Below, in pieces: positions 28,447 to 39,070 of a DNA stretch of 64,000 nucleotides. The position numbers were made by a program, and so were the translations under genes. Within the stretch, counting starts at the first letter, position 1. Each line of letters begins with the position of its first letter. Source of the DNA: Patescibacteria group bacterium (GTDB lineage: Bacteria > Patescibacteriota > Microgenomatia > Levybacterales > UBA12049); the NCBI GenBank assembly GCA_026004395.1, contig BPJB01000001.1, forward strand, positions 905,226-969,225, written 5' to 3'. Below the pieces are notes generated by a model. The model saw only the letters and a list, made by a program, of their open reading frames with translations. It did not search any database and was not told the origin of the DNA.

Positions 28447-29925
28447 ATGAGAAAATACAGCTTTATTTTAACGTATTGTTTAGTGGCTTTAGTTGTCACA
28501 GTTTTTTTTGCGGCACAGGCACACGCTGCAACATTAACCGGAGCCAAAGATACGATTACTACCTCACGACCATCGCCCTCAACTCCTCTCTCTGCAAATG
28601 CTGCATCAGGAGCTTATCAGGTAAGCGTATATAATAACGGCTCCCGCTTTCTTGCATCAGATTCTGCCAAGCTCATAAGAGGCACAACGCTTATTGATCC
28701 TGTAATTACGATTGCATCCCAATCAGCTGGATTAACATCTGTTTATTTTTCTGACGCACTAGGTGCTGCTGGCCAAAATGGAACAGACGTGCTCTTTTTC
28801 CCAGTAACTGCAATGCATACTATTCAGTTTACCGTACAGAACACAATACCCACCAATGGAGATATCGTCATCACTTTCCCAACACTCTCTGCAACTGATG
28901 CCGATAACGATGCATCCCCATCTGCTACCACATTTCAGTTCAATAATCTAGTCAGCGGTACCGGTGGTAGAGACAACATAGATGTTTATGATGATTCAAC
29001 AGATATCTCAGCCAATGTGACAATTACTGAGACTGAGCCCTCACCGGGCAATCCCGGAATTATTAGTATAAATCTTGATTCTGGGACTATTGCAGCTGGC
29101 TCGGTAGTCAAAATCTATCTTGGCTGCACAGCATCGACCTCTGCATCCTGCACTACTCAGGCACCACGCATCATCAATCCTACCAAATCAGCAACAGCAG
29201 GAACAGCTGATATCTGGAAAATAAATATCAGCACCAAAGATAGTAGCGGTATATTACTCGATGAGGCTACAGTGGCAATTGGAACTATCGAAACTGTCGA
29301 AGTACGAGCAACAGTTGATGCAACACTTACTTTCTCAATCGGCGGGATTGCAAATGGATCAGCAGTTAACACAGGAAATACAACAGGTTGTGCAGCAACA
29401 GAGACAACTAGCGCAGGCAACCCATCAACAGCAACACTTGTTGATCTAGGTGTACTCGCTAACACACCAACCACAACAGGTACTCCAATCAGCAACATCG
29501 CAGCCCAACTTATAACCATTACTACAAACGCTGCCAATGGATATACCCTCACAGCAACATCCTCAGGCCAACTTCGCAACTTTCAGTCAGGATTCGCAAT
29601 TGCAAGCAGTACTACACCTCAGGCATTTCCCAATGGCACTCATTTCTTTGGGATTAATGCCTGTGGACTAGATGTCAATACCAGTACGTGGGGAAATAAT
29701 AACTGTAACACTTATATAACAGGATCATCAAATGCCTGCAAATATGGATGGCCAACACCCACAACAGCCATCACACTAGCATCTGACTCAACAGGTCCAG
29801 TCGGCAATACCATCACAGCAGGAAATGGATTAGTCACTGTCAGGTATGCAGCTAGTATTGATGCCAGTGTACCATCGGGTGAGTACCAAACAGCTATAAC
29901 TTATGTAGCAACACCAACATTCTAA
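28447..29925 (+). CDS. secreted WxL-like surface protein, large Thr/Ser/Ala-rich variant (module 3, A component)
   Basis: Signal peptide (MRKYSFILTYCLVALVVTVFFAAQAHA). The C-terminal ~200 aa aligns with the 26267..27019 product (..TNAANGYTLTA.., Cys pairs, ..GEYQTAITYVATPTF). Confidence 0.5.
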   Translation: MRKYSFILTYCLVALVVTVFFAAQAHAATLTGAKDTITTSRPSPSTPLSANAASGAYQVSVYNNGSRFLASDSAKLIRGTTLIDPVITIASQSAGLTSVYFSDALGAAGQNGTDVLFFPVTAMHTIQFTVQNTIPTNGDIVITFPTLSATDADNDASPSATTFQFNNLVSGTGGRDNIDVYDDSTDISANVTITETEPSPGNPGIISINLDSGTIAAGSVVKIYLGCTASTSASCTTQAPRIINPTKSATAGTADIWKINISTKDSSGILLDEATVAIGTIETVEVRATVDATLTFSIGGIANGSAVNTGNTTGCAATETTSAGNPSTATLVDLGVLANTPTTTGTPISNIAAQLITITTNAANGYTLTATSSGQLRNFQSGFAIASSTTPQAFPNGTHFFGINACGLDVNTSTWGNNNCNTYITGSSNACKYGWPTPTTAITLASDSTGPVGNTITAGNGLVTVRYAASIDASVPSGEYQTAITYVATPTF

Positions 29926-29935
29926 AAGGAGCATT

Positions 29936-30925
29936 ATGTATAAGGATTTAATTCTAATAAAACTAAAAGATAAAAAAATTTTTCTTTTGCTATCTATTAT
30001 TTTAGCTTTGTTACTATTCACCCTCTCACGACAAGCCAAAGCGCAAGAGATGCTGCGTACTTTTACTGTCTCTCCTCCTGTAATTGAAACCACAATTAAA
30101 CCCGGCGGCTATATGGAAGGCAAAATGAAGATTTTTAATGAAAGCTCTACTCCACTTACTTTTGATGCATCTTTACAAGACTTTATTGTTGACAATGATG
30201 AGGGACGCCCAACAATTCTCCAAGAAGATACACTCAGTAATAAATACTCAGCTAGTTCATGGATTGCAGTTTATCCTCATACTTTTACAGTGCAACCCAA
30301 AGAAAGATTTGAAGTAAGCTACTACATCAACGTACCTCAAAATGCACGTCCCGGAGGACGCTATGCTACAGTAGTCTTCAAACCACGCTCTTCTCTCTCT
30401 GTTGCGGGTACAGGAACTGCTGTTCAAACACAAATCGGAAGCCTTTTCTACATCAGTGTAGATGGACCAATCACAGAAAAAGCAGAAGTCACCAAGTTTG
30501 ATGCTAAAAGATTTGTCGAGAATGGACCTGTTACAGTATTCACCAGTATTAAAAATCTAGGTGATCTTCACATCAGACCAAAAGGATATATCAAAGTCAC
30601 CAATATGCTGGGCAAACAATCTTATGTAACTACTCTTGCAGAGTATAATATCTTTCCAGAGGCACAACGCAACTATGAGAACACATTTGGTAAAAAATTC
30701 ATGTTTGGCCGCTACAAGGCAGAACTTATCGCAAGCTATGGTAAAAACAATAATCTTCCATTAACAGCCACTATCTATTTCTGGGTGTTCCCATGGAAAG
30801 TTGCGCTTATCCTAATTGTTATAGTCATCACAGCAATACTTGGGTATCTCTACATGAGAAAGAATAAGAAAACTCATGGACATGTTCAACAGCCAACGGA
30901 TACTCCAACTTCTTCTGATAATTAA
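29936..30925 (+). CDS. DUF916/CscA-like anchored surface protein (module 3, B component)
   Basis: TFTVSPPVIETTIKPGGYMEGKMKIFNESSTPLTF... C-terminal TM plus YMRKNKKTHG. Confidence 0.55.
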   Translation: MYKDLILIKLKDKKIFLLLSIILALLLFTLSRQAKAQEMLRTFTVSPPVIETTIKPGGYMEGKMKIFNESSTPLTFDASLQDFIVDNDEGRPTILQEDTLSNKYSASSWIAVYPHTFTVQPKERFEVSYYINVPQNARPGGRYATVVFKPRSSLSVAGTGTAVQTQIGSLFYISVDGPITEKAEVTKFDAKRFVENGPVTVFTSIKNLGDLHIRPKGYIKVTNMLGKQSYVTTLAEYNIFPEAQRNYENTFGKKFMFGRYKAELIASYGKNNNLPLTATIYFWVFPWKVALILIVIVITAILGYLYMRKNKKTHGHVQQPTDTPTSSDN

Positions 30926-31361
30926 ACTCAAACGTATCTAGTATATTTTGCATCTTGCTTCTAGGATGAGTGTAACTAACATAGTATCAATAACTGCTTT
31001 GAGAAAATCATATCTTTTAATTTTTTATCTCAAAACTTACTGTCACCAAACAATAAACAGACTCACTGATAAATCAGATGATACAAGGTGATTTTCTAGC
31101 AATAATCTCGACTATATAAGACTTTTCTATGAATATTAAAATGGAAAAACTTCAACTCTCTTTTACAAAACAAACAAAATCTCTCAGACAGAATTAACAA
31201 TTTGCTGTTATACGCAGTGTATGTTTGGCACTGAAGACGACTTCCAGAATGCAGCATAAAAATCAGTGCTTGTGCATAATTTCTCAATGGTATCCAAAAC
31301 AGCAACAGCCAAACTTTATCTTTAGATACTAAACATTAAACACTAAAAACAAAATCCTATT

Positions 31362-32246
31362 CTAGTATCCAAACATCCACGCATGATGCAACTTCCTTTC
31401 ACGGCGTCTTAGAAGACCATACAGTTTGGAGTTATAAATAAAGGTAAATTTCTCAGGCCAAATTTTGAGAACAAAAAAGGTAATAAGAGGTATTAGAGGA
31501 AACACAAGCCACAATGGTCCCAAACCAAGCCCTGTAAACAGCTCTACAAGCCATTTCCAGAGTCTTTTTATCAAAACAATGATTTGCTGCCACCATGACA
31601 ACGCAATAAGCCTAACGCTATCTGATGGGTTTTCAGAAGGCTTCCTGTTGTACACTGCAGTCGCAAATAATTGATATACACCTGCTTTAAGATTGGTGAG
31701 CGTGTATTCGTAGTATCCATTTTGATCTGCTGTGATAGTAAAAATCATCCCATTATCCATATGGATGGTAACAGTAGCACCCGGCATCGTATAACCAAAA
31801 ACCAGAGCATTTCCTCCGGCTGCGATCTCTGATCTGAGAAGACCAATTGTTGGAGGGAGGAATATTCCATCCCGTCTTATATCCTGCACAGCCCCTCTCA
31901 CCTTAAAACATGTTTTGGAATCGCCAATACGTTTAAAATCAATATGTTCAAGACAATACTCTTTAATCGTTTTGCGAATGAGAACATCTAGTAGAGAAAA
32001 ATTGCCGCCTTTATCAGCTACTGTGGCGCGCACAAATACTCCATCAATCGTAAGCACAATTGATGCAAAAGGGGAAGCAAATCCGGAAATACTCAGATTA
32101 TTCTCTCCAACACGCGCCAAAACCTGAGTAGTAGCAGAATAATTTTTAAGACCAAGAATTTTGGCAAAATAATCTTTGCTTAAAAGCATGGAGAGAAGAA
32201 ATAAAAAAGATGTAATGCAACCGATGATAAATAACTTAGATTTCAT
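31362..32246 (-). CDS. membrane protein with carboxypeptidase-regulatory-like (CarbopepD_reg/Big-like) beta-sandwich domain
   Basis: Signal/TM at the N-terminus. ...GATVTIHMDNGMIFTITADQNGYYEYTLTNLKAGVYQLFATAV. C-terminal hydrophobic segments. Confidence 0.4.
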   Translation of the reverse strand: MKSKLFIIGCITSFLFLLSMLLSKDYFAKILGLKNYSATTQVLARVGENNLSISGFASPFASIVLTIDGVFVRATVADKGGNFSLLDVLIRKTIKEYCLEHIDFKRIGDSKTCFKVRGAVQDIRRDGIFLPPTIGLLRSEIAAGGNALVFGYTMPGATVTIHMDNGMIFTITADQNGYYEYTLTNLKAGVYQLFATAVYNRKPSENPSDSVRLIALSWWQQIIVLIKRLWKWLVELFTGLGLGPLWLVFPLIPLITFFVLKIWPEKFTFIYNSKLYGLLRRRERKLHHAWMFGY

Positions 32247-32277
32247 ATTTTAATCTTCAACTATCTTTAACTTCTAA

Positions 32278-32313
32278 CTTAGAGGTTTCACCTCTTTAGA
32301 GGTGAAACCTCTG
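32278..32313. repeat. REP doublet (REPIN-like), family 2: TAGAGGTTTCACCTCTTTAGAGGTGAAACCTCTGA
   Basis: Two AGAGGT-nnn-ACCTCT hairpins in inverted orientation, directly abutting. The same unit flanks the RAYT gene at 61055-61167. Confidence 0.75.
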
Positions 32314-34304
32314 ATATTCAGAATGCTCACCTCAAACACACATTTTCCTATAGTAGTTGATAAAAAATATCTCATAGTTAGAAAGTGGGCGTTGTCCAAT
32401 TTTTACTTTAGAATATCAATCTTAGCCTTTTTCTTGAGACTACTTTCTCTCTGATCTAAAACTATTCTCTTATCAGCTCAAGCAACTACTTATTTTCACA
32501 TTCCTTCCTTCTGTTATAGCCATTATATTTGTCATCTTAGTCTTGTATCTGTTCTTCCAAAATCATTGCCCTTCGTTAATTTGTTGATCATCCCAATCTT
32601 CTTACTTGTGATCTCAATTTCTGCTTTCCTTCTTAAGCTAGAATAAAGATCCGCCTCATAACTGAGAAAAGCCAAAGAGAACATCTCTAACTCATTGTTC
32701 AAATCACACTTTAAATGTACCTCGAAATAACAATTAATACACTGCCACAGATCAATTTAAAGATTTGTTCCAAAGACATTCTCAAAAACAATCAAAGTAC
32801 AATTAGCATTCCTAATATCATTGTATATTTTCAGATTGGACAAATACAACTTAGAAAGAAGGTATGCTCAAATTACATTAGCCAATAACTTCTAATTTAA
32901 AAGTGCTGAAAAGAGGGAAATTGCAATTCTTTCACTCACTTGAATAAGACAACTTCTCTATCGCAGGAATAATCAATCCTCTAATATTATCTCTTTGTGG
33001 GTAGAATAAAGTATAAAAACAAATAAATGATTGATAAATCAATCTAAATTGCTAAATAAAAAAACTTATCAATTAATAACTCTCTCTGACAATTTTCAAT
33101 TTGTTTAAAAATGTTAAATATCATTTTTTGCTTAAAATAGGTAAATGTAGTTATTAATCAACAGTAACTCTAGATAGAAGGATTGCATTGTGAAAAAGAA
33201 AAATTCATTATTACCATTTTTCATTATCAACAAAATAAAAAAAACTTAGATTTTTAAAAAAATGAAAAAATCACATCCCTAGAAATATATCAAAATATCT
33301 CAACACGAAAGAAAGTAGAATATGTATTATTTTGATATATTATATATCTGTACCGATAACGACGTTTTTTTATCACACAACGAAAAAAATGAGAAAATTA
33401 ATGATGTTTTCATAGAAATTAACAACTTTTCACAAAAACTATTATCTTTTTTCCATTTATAGAAAAAATATCACAAAACATCAAAATATATCAAGATTAT
33501 TTTACTCTAGGATATTGACAAGTAAACTTAACAATACCTAAGCTATTAATAGATGTATTTTTATAAGAAGTATGATGAATAATTGGTATAATCTGTATAA
33601 TCTTGAGGCTAAAAACCAAAATCAAACACAGTTTTTTCACGACTCAACAAACGAGTTTGTGAAAAGTAAGCTCTACTTTGCGTCTGGGCTGTCTATATTT
33701 AATTTGGATCCCCTATCTTTGTCATTTATAACCTTTTTATCCTCTCAATCTTCGTTTCTGTCCTCTTGGCCTTTTATTTCTTATCCTATGCGCAGCAATA
33801 AACCTTCATCACCACTACTAAAAAAGACAGAGGCAATCTATCGCTTCAAGCTCCAAAACAATCGTTTTATGCCTGATACAGAACATATACAAACAAATCC
33901 AAGAAAGGAAGGTGACACTTTATGCGAACTCACAAAGTAGGTCAAGATCTAGTTTTTATAGCTTCCAAAAAATTCCCAAGAAGCTTTTTGTCCCAAAGCA
34001 GAAAGAATTCGATAACTTTCAAGTTGGATCTAAAATTCGATCAAGAGATAAATAATCATGATCTCATCAAACATAATAGGCTGAAAATCGGACTGCCAAC
34101 CAACTATGGGTTTGTTTGGTTTTCAGCAGCACTTATACTTAGTTACTTCATCAGCCAGTTGTACTTAATTTTCACAGGTAACTAAATATACAAACTTTAT
34201 TCTAGTCTTGCAAACAGATGGACTATTTTGTCTTAAAAAAACAAACACTAAAAATGAATTTGTTATCAATTTATCAATCATAAGTAAAAAATCTTAAATC
34301 AAAT

Positions 34305-37300
34305 ATGGACTTACTTGCCCGGTTCAAAAAATACTTAGAAGCACAGAAAAATCCGCCATCATACCTGACGGTTAAAAATTACCTATCAGATATTCGTCAA
34401 TTCATCACGTGGTATGAAACTACCCAACAGCAGGAATTCAAACCAAAGCAAATCACAAAACTTTTGATTGATGCGTATATCAACTACCGCAAGAACTTAA
34501 ATTCAGCTTCTGTCAGATCAACAGAAAGATACTTATCATCGCTTCGGAAGTTTTTCGACTTTCTTAAAGAGAAAAAATATATCAGCTCTAATCCACTCAA
34601 AGACCAAAACAGACTTACCAATAATCCTGATCCGTGGAAACTAAAAGCATTTAAAGATTATCTTTATGTCTATAACGCATCCAATCTAACTATAAAAAAC
34701 TATATCAATGATGTTAAACAGTTTCTGGACTGGGTTGCCAAATCTTCGGGAATAAAAACTCCAGATCAAGATACTATAACTTTTTGGAGAAATACCAAAA
34801 TTAATATATTTTCCTTGATTAATAAGGAGCTCTTACAAAAATACCGCAGCTATCTTCTCTCACAACTCAAATTATCAGAGAATCTTTATCTTGAAAAGCA
34901 GAACAAAGACATAAACACTACAACAATACAGCAATCAGGCAATGCAATCTCTCTATCAGATTCCAAAGAAGCAACTGCAACCGATTTGAATACCAAACAA
35001 GGACTCTCTATTCTTTCTATCAACCGCAAACTCTCATCACTGCGCAAATTCCTTTCATGGGCACAAGATGAAGGACTGGTACAAATTGATCTCTCTTCCC
35101 TCTCCAACATCAGACGCACTGCAGAGGTGAAAGCTATATCATCTGAAGATGCACAGCGCACCTTCACTGGCCCAAGTGCTGCAGGTGAATCAGAAAAAAC
35201 ACAACTGATTTCTCATCTTGCACCCTTAGATGACAGTTCTAAAGATAATCAAAATGACAAGTATCCAAGTCGCCAAATTGAAACTCTTGATACTGAACAA
35301 AAACATAAATACTCCTCATTCCCCCCTCTAAGACTTATCCAAAAGTTAGTAAAAGCTACTCTGCTAGGTATAGATCTGACAATCATCGCTGGTATTGCCA
35401 AATTACTTGAACAGATAACGTACATCAAATGGCTTGCCTCAGGTAAGCAGATATTTATAAAGAGTGCTAAAAAACAATTAGACTTTATTGTCAATAAAAA
35501 CATCAAATCCACGCTTGATAATACTCAACCAGAAAACCGATTTTCTAGTATTGTGGATCTAGTATCTAAAGAAAATCCAAGATTGGAAAAGAACTCAAAT
35601 ACTCAATATCATATACCAAATATCAAATCTCGCTTTCACCCCGCTCATCCAGAATTTACTACCCTGCCTCTGCATTACAGAATCTTGGGGCATCTGCGTC
35701 ATACTAGACCACAATGGTACATAAAGTATCATCAGTATCCGATCGTCCACTATTTCCATTTCGCAGCTCTTATCATCTTTATGAGTGTGATTGGATTTGG
35801 ACTGTACCGATCTTTCTTTGAGCAGCCACAAAAGGAAAAAACTCTTGCTGCTCCTCCAACAGCTCCTCCTAGGATCCTCTCTTTTCAAGGAAGACTAACA
35901 GATATTTCAGATAATCCCATCACCTCAGCTACACCGCTGAGATTTGCGATTTATAATGATCTCACTGCGTCAGGCTCAGCGCTACTTTGGCAGGAGGTGC
36001 AAACAGTTACACCAGACACAGATGGTGTCTTCTCTGTGTTGCTGGGAACAAATACTACTATTCCCTCTAGTGTCTTTACAGACAACTCAAGTCTATATCT
36101 TGGTGTTACGGTACAGACAGACCCTGAGCTTACACCTAGACAACAGATCGCAACAGTGGCATTTGCAGCCAACTCTGAGACGTTGCAGGGACTTTATCCT
36201 ATCACAGCAGCTGGTGCTGGCACATCCAATGTAGTTCTTGCCCTTGATTCATCCGGTAATTTGACAATTGGAGGATCAGCAACACCTAAATTTTCAGCAA
36301 CAGGCGGCGAATTTACCCTATCAGGTAATGTTCTCTCTCTGACAACAAATGTAGGATCCAATACCAACATCAATATTAGCCCAGATGGTAAAGGCGTAGT
36401 AAATATTATCAAACCGTTACAAAATACATCACTCAATAATAACATTACTACAGCTGCTGGAGCTGTAGAAGTAGATGATCTCTTCGCAGTTTTAGCCACA
36501 TCAAGTGGTCAATCAGCCTTTACTATCAATCAAAACGGTGCAGGACCACTGATTAGCGCATCAAGTAGTGGAATTGCTAAATTTACAGTTAATAACGATG
36601 GCTCTGCTTATTTTGCAGGAAATGTAGGCATAGGTATTACTTCACCTACTGGTATATTATCTTTAGCCAATTCTGCAGCTGGTGTTGAGATACTTTTCTC
36701 AGGTGCAAATGCGGCTAATATATATCAAAGTACGTCAGGACAATCTCTATATATTAATACCAATACCGGTGATCTCAGATTAGGAGCTAACGGCTCAGGA
36801 TCAAATGACTTAGTAATAAAATCTACTGGCAACATTGGTATTGGCAATACTACAGCTTCCAACTTCAAACTAGAAGTGACAGGCAATATTGGTCCATCCG
36901 CTGACGTGACCTATAATCTAGGATCACCATCTCTCAGATGGAACAATGTCTATGCCAACAACTTCATCGGCAGCGGCACAGGAGGTACCGCAGGCTATTG
37001 GCAATTAAATAACGGTGCGCTCTCTCCTGCATACAGCACCAATGATGTACTCATAGGAGGAACTGCTACCTCCAGTGCCAAATTTGGATTTATCAACGTC
37101 ATCGGCAGCGGCACACCTACTGCGACAATCTCTGGTAATTTTTCTATTCAAGTCCCAACTGGAACAAATCCTGCCATTAAAATTAATGCTCTCAATGGAG
37201 GATCTATCAACTTCCAAACAGCGACAACAGGACAAGGAGACGCTGGACTCACTTCACGTCTATTCATCAATAATAACGGCAACGTCGGCATCGGGACAAC

Positions 37301-38885
37301 AGCACCAGTACACAAACTAGAACTAGCCTCACACACAACAGCAGCTGGCGGCATAGGTTTTGGCACTGATGTAGAACTCTACAGAGGAGCTGCTAACACA
37401 CTCTACCTTGCCTCTGGTGACTCCCTCAACTTAGTATCAGGCAATCTACAAGTTGCTGGTACAACAGTTATCACCAGTGGTAGGATTATCCAGGCTGCCA
37501 ATGGATCTGCTGCCTCACCCTCATTCACCTTCGCATCCGACACCAACACAGGCATATTTGGGACTGGTAGTGATGTACTCGCTCTCTCAACTGCTGGTGT
37601 AGAAAGACTAAGAGTTGATGCCAGTGGCAATGTGGGTATTGGGACGACTGCACCAACTTCCAAACTAGACATCACCTCAACTGGTACAACCACCAACGGA
37701 TTAAATATCACAGCCAACTCCCTAACAACTGGAACAGGTTTCTCCCTCTCCTCCACATCAACAACTCTCACATCAGGTGGACTCCTCTCTCTTGACTGGT
37801 CCCCAACATCAGCCACTACAGCAACAGGTGATCTTCTCTCCATCAACATCGGTACCAACGGCAACATCGGCAAACTTTTCAACATCAAAGACGCAGGATC
37901 AAGTATCTTCTCCGTCTCAGAATCAACATTTGAAACATCTCTCCCCGTCAACTTCACCTCTCCAGGTGACGTCTCCATTGCCTACGACCTACTCTTCACC
38001 AACCCAACAGCCTCCTACATCAAATCATCAGCTCCTCTCTACATCCAAGCTGGTGAAACATTCAACTCCTCAGACCTCACACTTCAGACCTACAATGCTG
38101 GCAACGTCATCATTGACTCCCAAGCTCTTGTTACCAATCAAGCAGCCACCATCTCAGGTCAACTAGTTATCGGAACAACAAACCCCAACTCCGCTCACAT
38201 AGGCAACTTTTATCTGACCAACTCATCAACCTTTGGCAAAGCTCTTGCCATACTCAACCAAACAGAATCCGCTGACATCTTCACTGCCTCCTCCTCCGGC
38301 ACCACAAGATTTACCATATCCAACAACGGCACCCTCACTGCCACAGCTTACACAATAAACAATGGCTTACTATATACCAATACATCAGGTGTCATCTCTC
38401 AAGTTTCTGACACACCTGCCACCAACGAATGTCTCATCTTCAACGGATCTACCATCCTCTGGGATGCATGCTCAACTGGTGGAGGTGTCACTGGATCAGG
38501 CACCACCAACTACATACCCAAATGGAACTCTTCCTCCTCACTCACAGACTCAACCATCTTTGACAACGGCAACGTGGGTATTGGCACAACAACACCAACT
38601 ACCAAGTTAGAACTAGGCAGTGGTCAATTAGCAGTACCACTAGGATCAGCTACAACTCCATCCTACACCTTCAGCGGAGATCTCAATACCGGTATCTGGT
38701 CATCAGGAGCAGACACTCTCAACTTCTCCACTGGAGGATCTGAAAGAATAAGAATTATCAGCAACGGCAACGTCGGCATCGGGACGACGAGTCCAGCAGT
38801 AAAGCTACATGTTATAGGAACAGGTAAATTCGAAACAGGTCCTAATACATGGAACTGGATAGAAATAAATAGAGGCGGGGGATAA
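34305..38885 (+). CDS. giant membrane-anchored fibre protein 1: N-terminal tandem XerD-type SAM-like/core-binding domains, TM, then GNVGIGTT..KL.V tail-fibre-like repeats
   Basis: aa 1-100: LLARFKKYLEAQKNPPSYLTVKNYLSDIRQFITWYE...IDAYINYRKNLNSASVRSTERYLSSLRKFFDFLKEKKYISSNPL matches the phage-integrase N-terminal SAM-like domain. Two further partial copies follow (LKAFKDYLYVYNASNLTIKNYINDVKQFLDWV; SINRKLSSLRKFLSWAQDEGLV). There is no R..HxxR..Y catalytic domain. Strong TM at about aa 480 (IVHYFHFAALIIFMSVIGFGLY). About 1000 aa of Gly/Thr/Ser/Asn-rich repeats with recurring NGNVGIGTTAPxxKLEL. Confidence 0.75.
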   Translation: MDLLARFKKYLEAQKNPPSYLTVKNYLSDIRQFITWYETTQQQEFKPKQITKLLIDAYINYRKNLNSASVRSTERYLSSLRKFFDFLKEKKYISSNPLKDQNRLTNNPDPWKLKAFKDYLYVYNASNLTIKNYINDVKQFLDWVAKSSGIKTPDQDTITFWRNTKINIFSLINKELLQKYRSYLLSQLKLSENLYLEKQNKDINTTTIQQSGNAISLSDSKEATATDLNTKQGLSILSINRKLSSLRKFLSWAQDEGLVQIDLSSLSNIRRTAEVKAISSEDAQRTFTGPSAAGESEKTQLISHLAPLDDSSKDNQNDKYPSRQIETLDTEQKHKYSSFPPLRLIQKLVKATLLGIDLTIIAGIAKLLEQITYIKWLASGKQIFIKSAKKQLDFIVNKNIKSTLDNTQPENRFSSIVDLVSKENPRLEKNSNTQYHIPNIKSRFHPAHPEFTTLPLHYRILGHLRHTRPQWYIKYHQYPIVHYFHFAALIIFMSVIGFGLYRSFFEQPQKEKTLAAPPTAPPRILSFQGRLTDISDNPITSATPLRFAIYNDLTASGSALLWQEVQTVTPDTDGVFSVLLGTNTTIPSSVFTDNSSLYLGVTVQTDPELTPRQQIATVAFAANSETLQGLYPITAAGAGTSNVVLALDSSGNLTIGGSATPKFSATGGEFTLSGNVLSLTTNVGSNTNINISPDGKGVVNIIKPLQNTSLNNNITTAAGAVEVDDLFAVLATSSGQSAFTINQNGAGPLISASSSGIAKFTVNNDGSAYFAGNVGIGITSPTGILSLANSAAGVEILFSGANAANIYQSTSGQSLYINTNTGDLRLGANGSGSNDLVIKSTGNIGIGNTTASNFKLEVTGNIGPSADVTYNLGSPSLRWNNVYANNFIGSGTGGTAGYWQLNNGALSPAYSTNDVLIGGTATSSAKFGFINVIGSGTPTATISGNFSIQVPTGTNPAIKINALNGGSINFQTATTGQGDAGLTSRLFINNNGNVGIGTTAPVHKLELASHTTAAGGIGFGTDVELYRGAANTLYLASGDSLNLVSGNLQVAGTTVITSGRIIQAANGSAASPSFTFASDTNTGIFGTGSDVLALSTAGVERLRVDASGNVGIGTTAPTSKLDITSTGTTTNGLNITANSLTTGTGFSLSSTSTTLTSGGLLSLDWSPTSATTATGDLLSINIGTNGNIGKLFNIKDAGSSIFSVSESTFETSLPVNFTSPGDVSIAYDLLFTNPTASYIKSSAPLYIQAGETFNSSDLTLQTYNAGNVIIDSQALVTNQAATISGQLVIGTTNPNSAHIGNFYLTNSSTFGKALAILNQTESADIFTASSSGTTRFTISNNGTLTATAYTINNGLLYTNTSGVISQVSDTPATNECLIFNGSTILWDACSTGGGVTGSGTTNYIPKWNSSSSLTDSTIFDNGNVGIGTTTPTTKLELGSGQLAVPLGSATTPSYTFSGDLNTGIWSSGADTLNFSTGGSERIRIISNGNVGIGTTSPAVKLHVIGTGKFETGPNTWNWIEINRGGG

Positions 38886-39070
38886 GATATACTTCTGGTA
38901 GTGATGACACAAACAGAGGAATATGGTCCAATGGCCAATACGCGATGTCGGTATTTACACAAATGGTGTTAATAGAATTTTAGTCAAAAGGAGATTCTGG
39001 CAACGTCGGCATCGGGACAACAACACCCCTTGGCAAACTCAATGTTGATGGTGCTGCCACCGGCAAAGCA

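Noticed and set aside
33572-34185. Two ORFs (122 and 87 aa) in the AT-rich tract upstream of the fibre gene
   Set aside because: Low-complexity, Asn/Leu/Phe/Ser-rich translations of AT-rich DNA. No start context, overlapping each other. Treated as non-coding.
34305-34700. A bona fide tyrosine recombinase/integrase (xerD-like) gene at the start of the fibre locus
   Set aside because: Only the N-terminal SAM-like/core-binding domain, in tandem copies, is present. No R..HxxR..Y catalytic domain follows. The ORF continues into a TM helix and fibre repeats.
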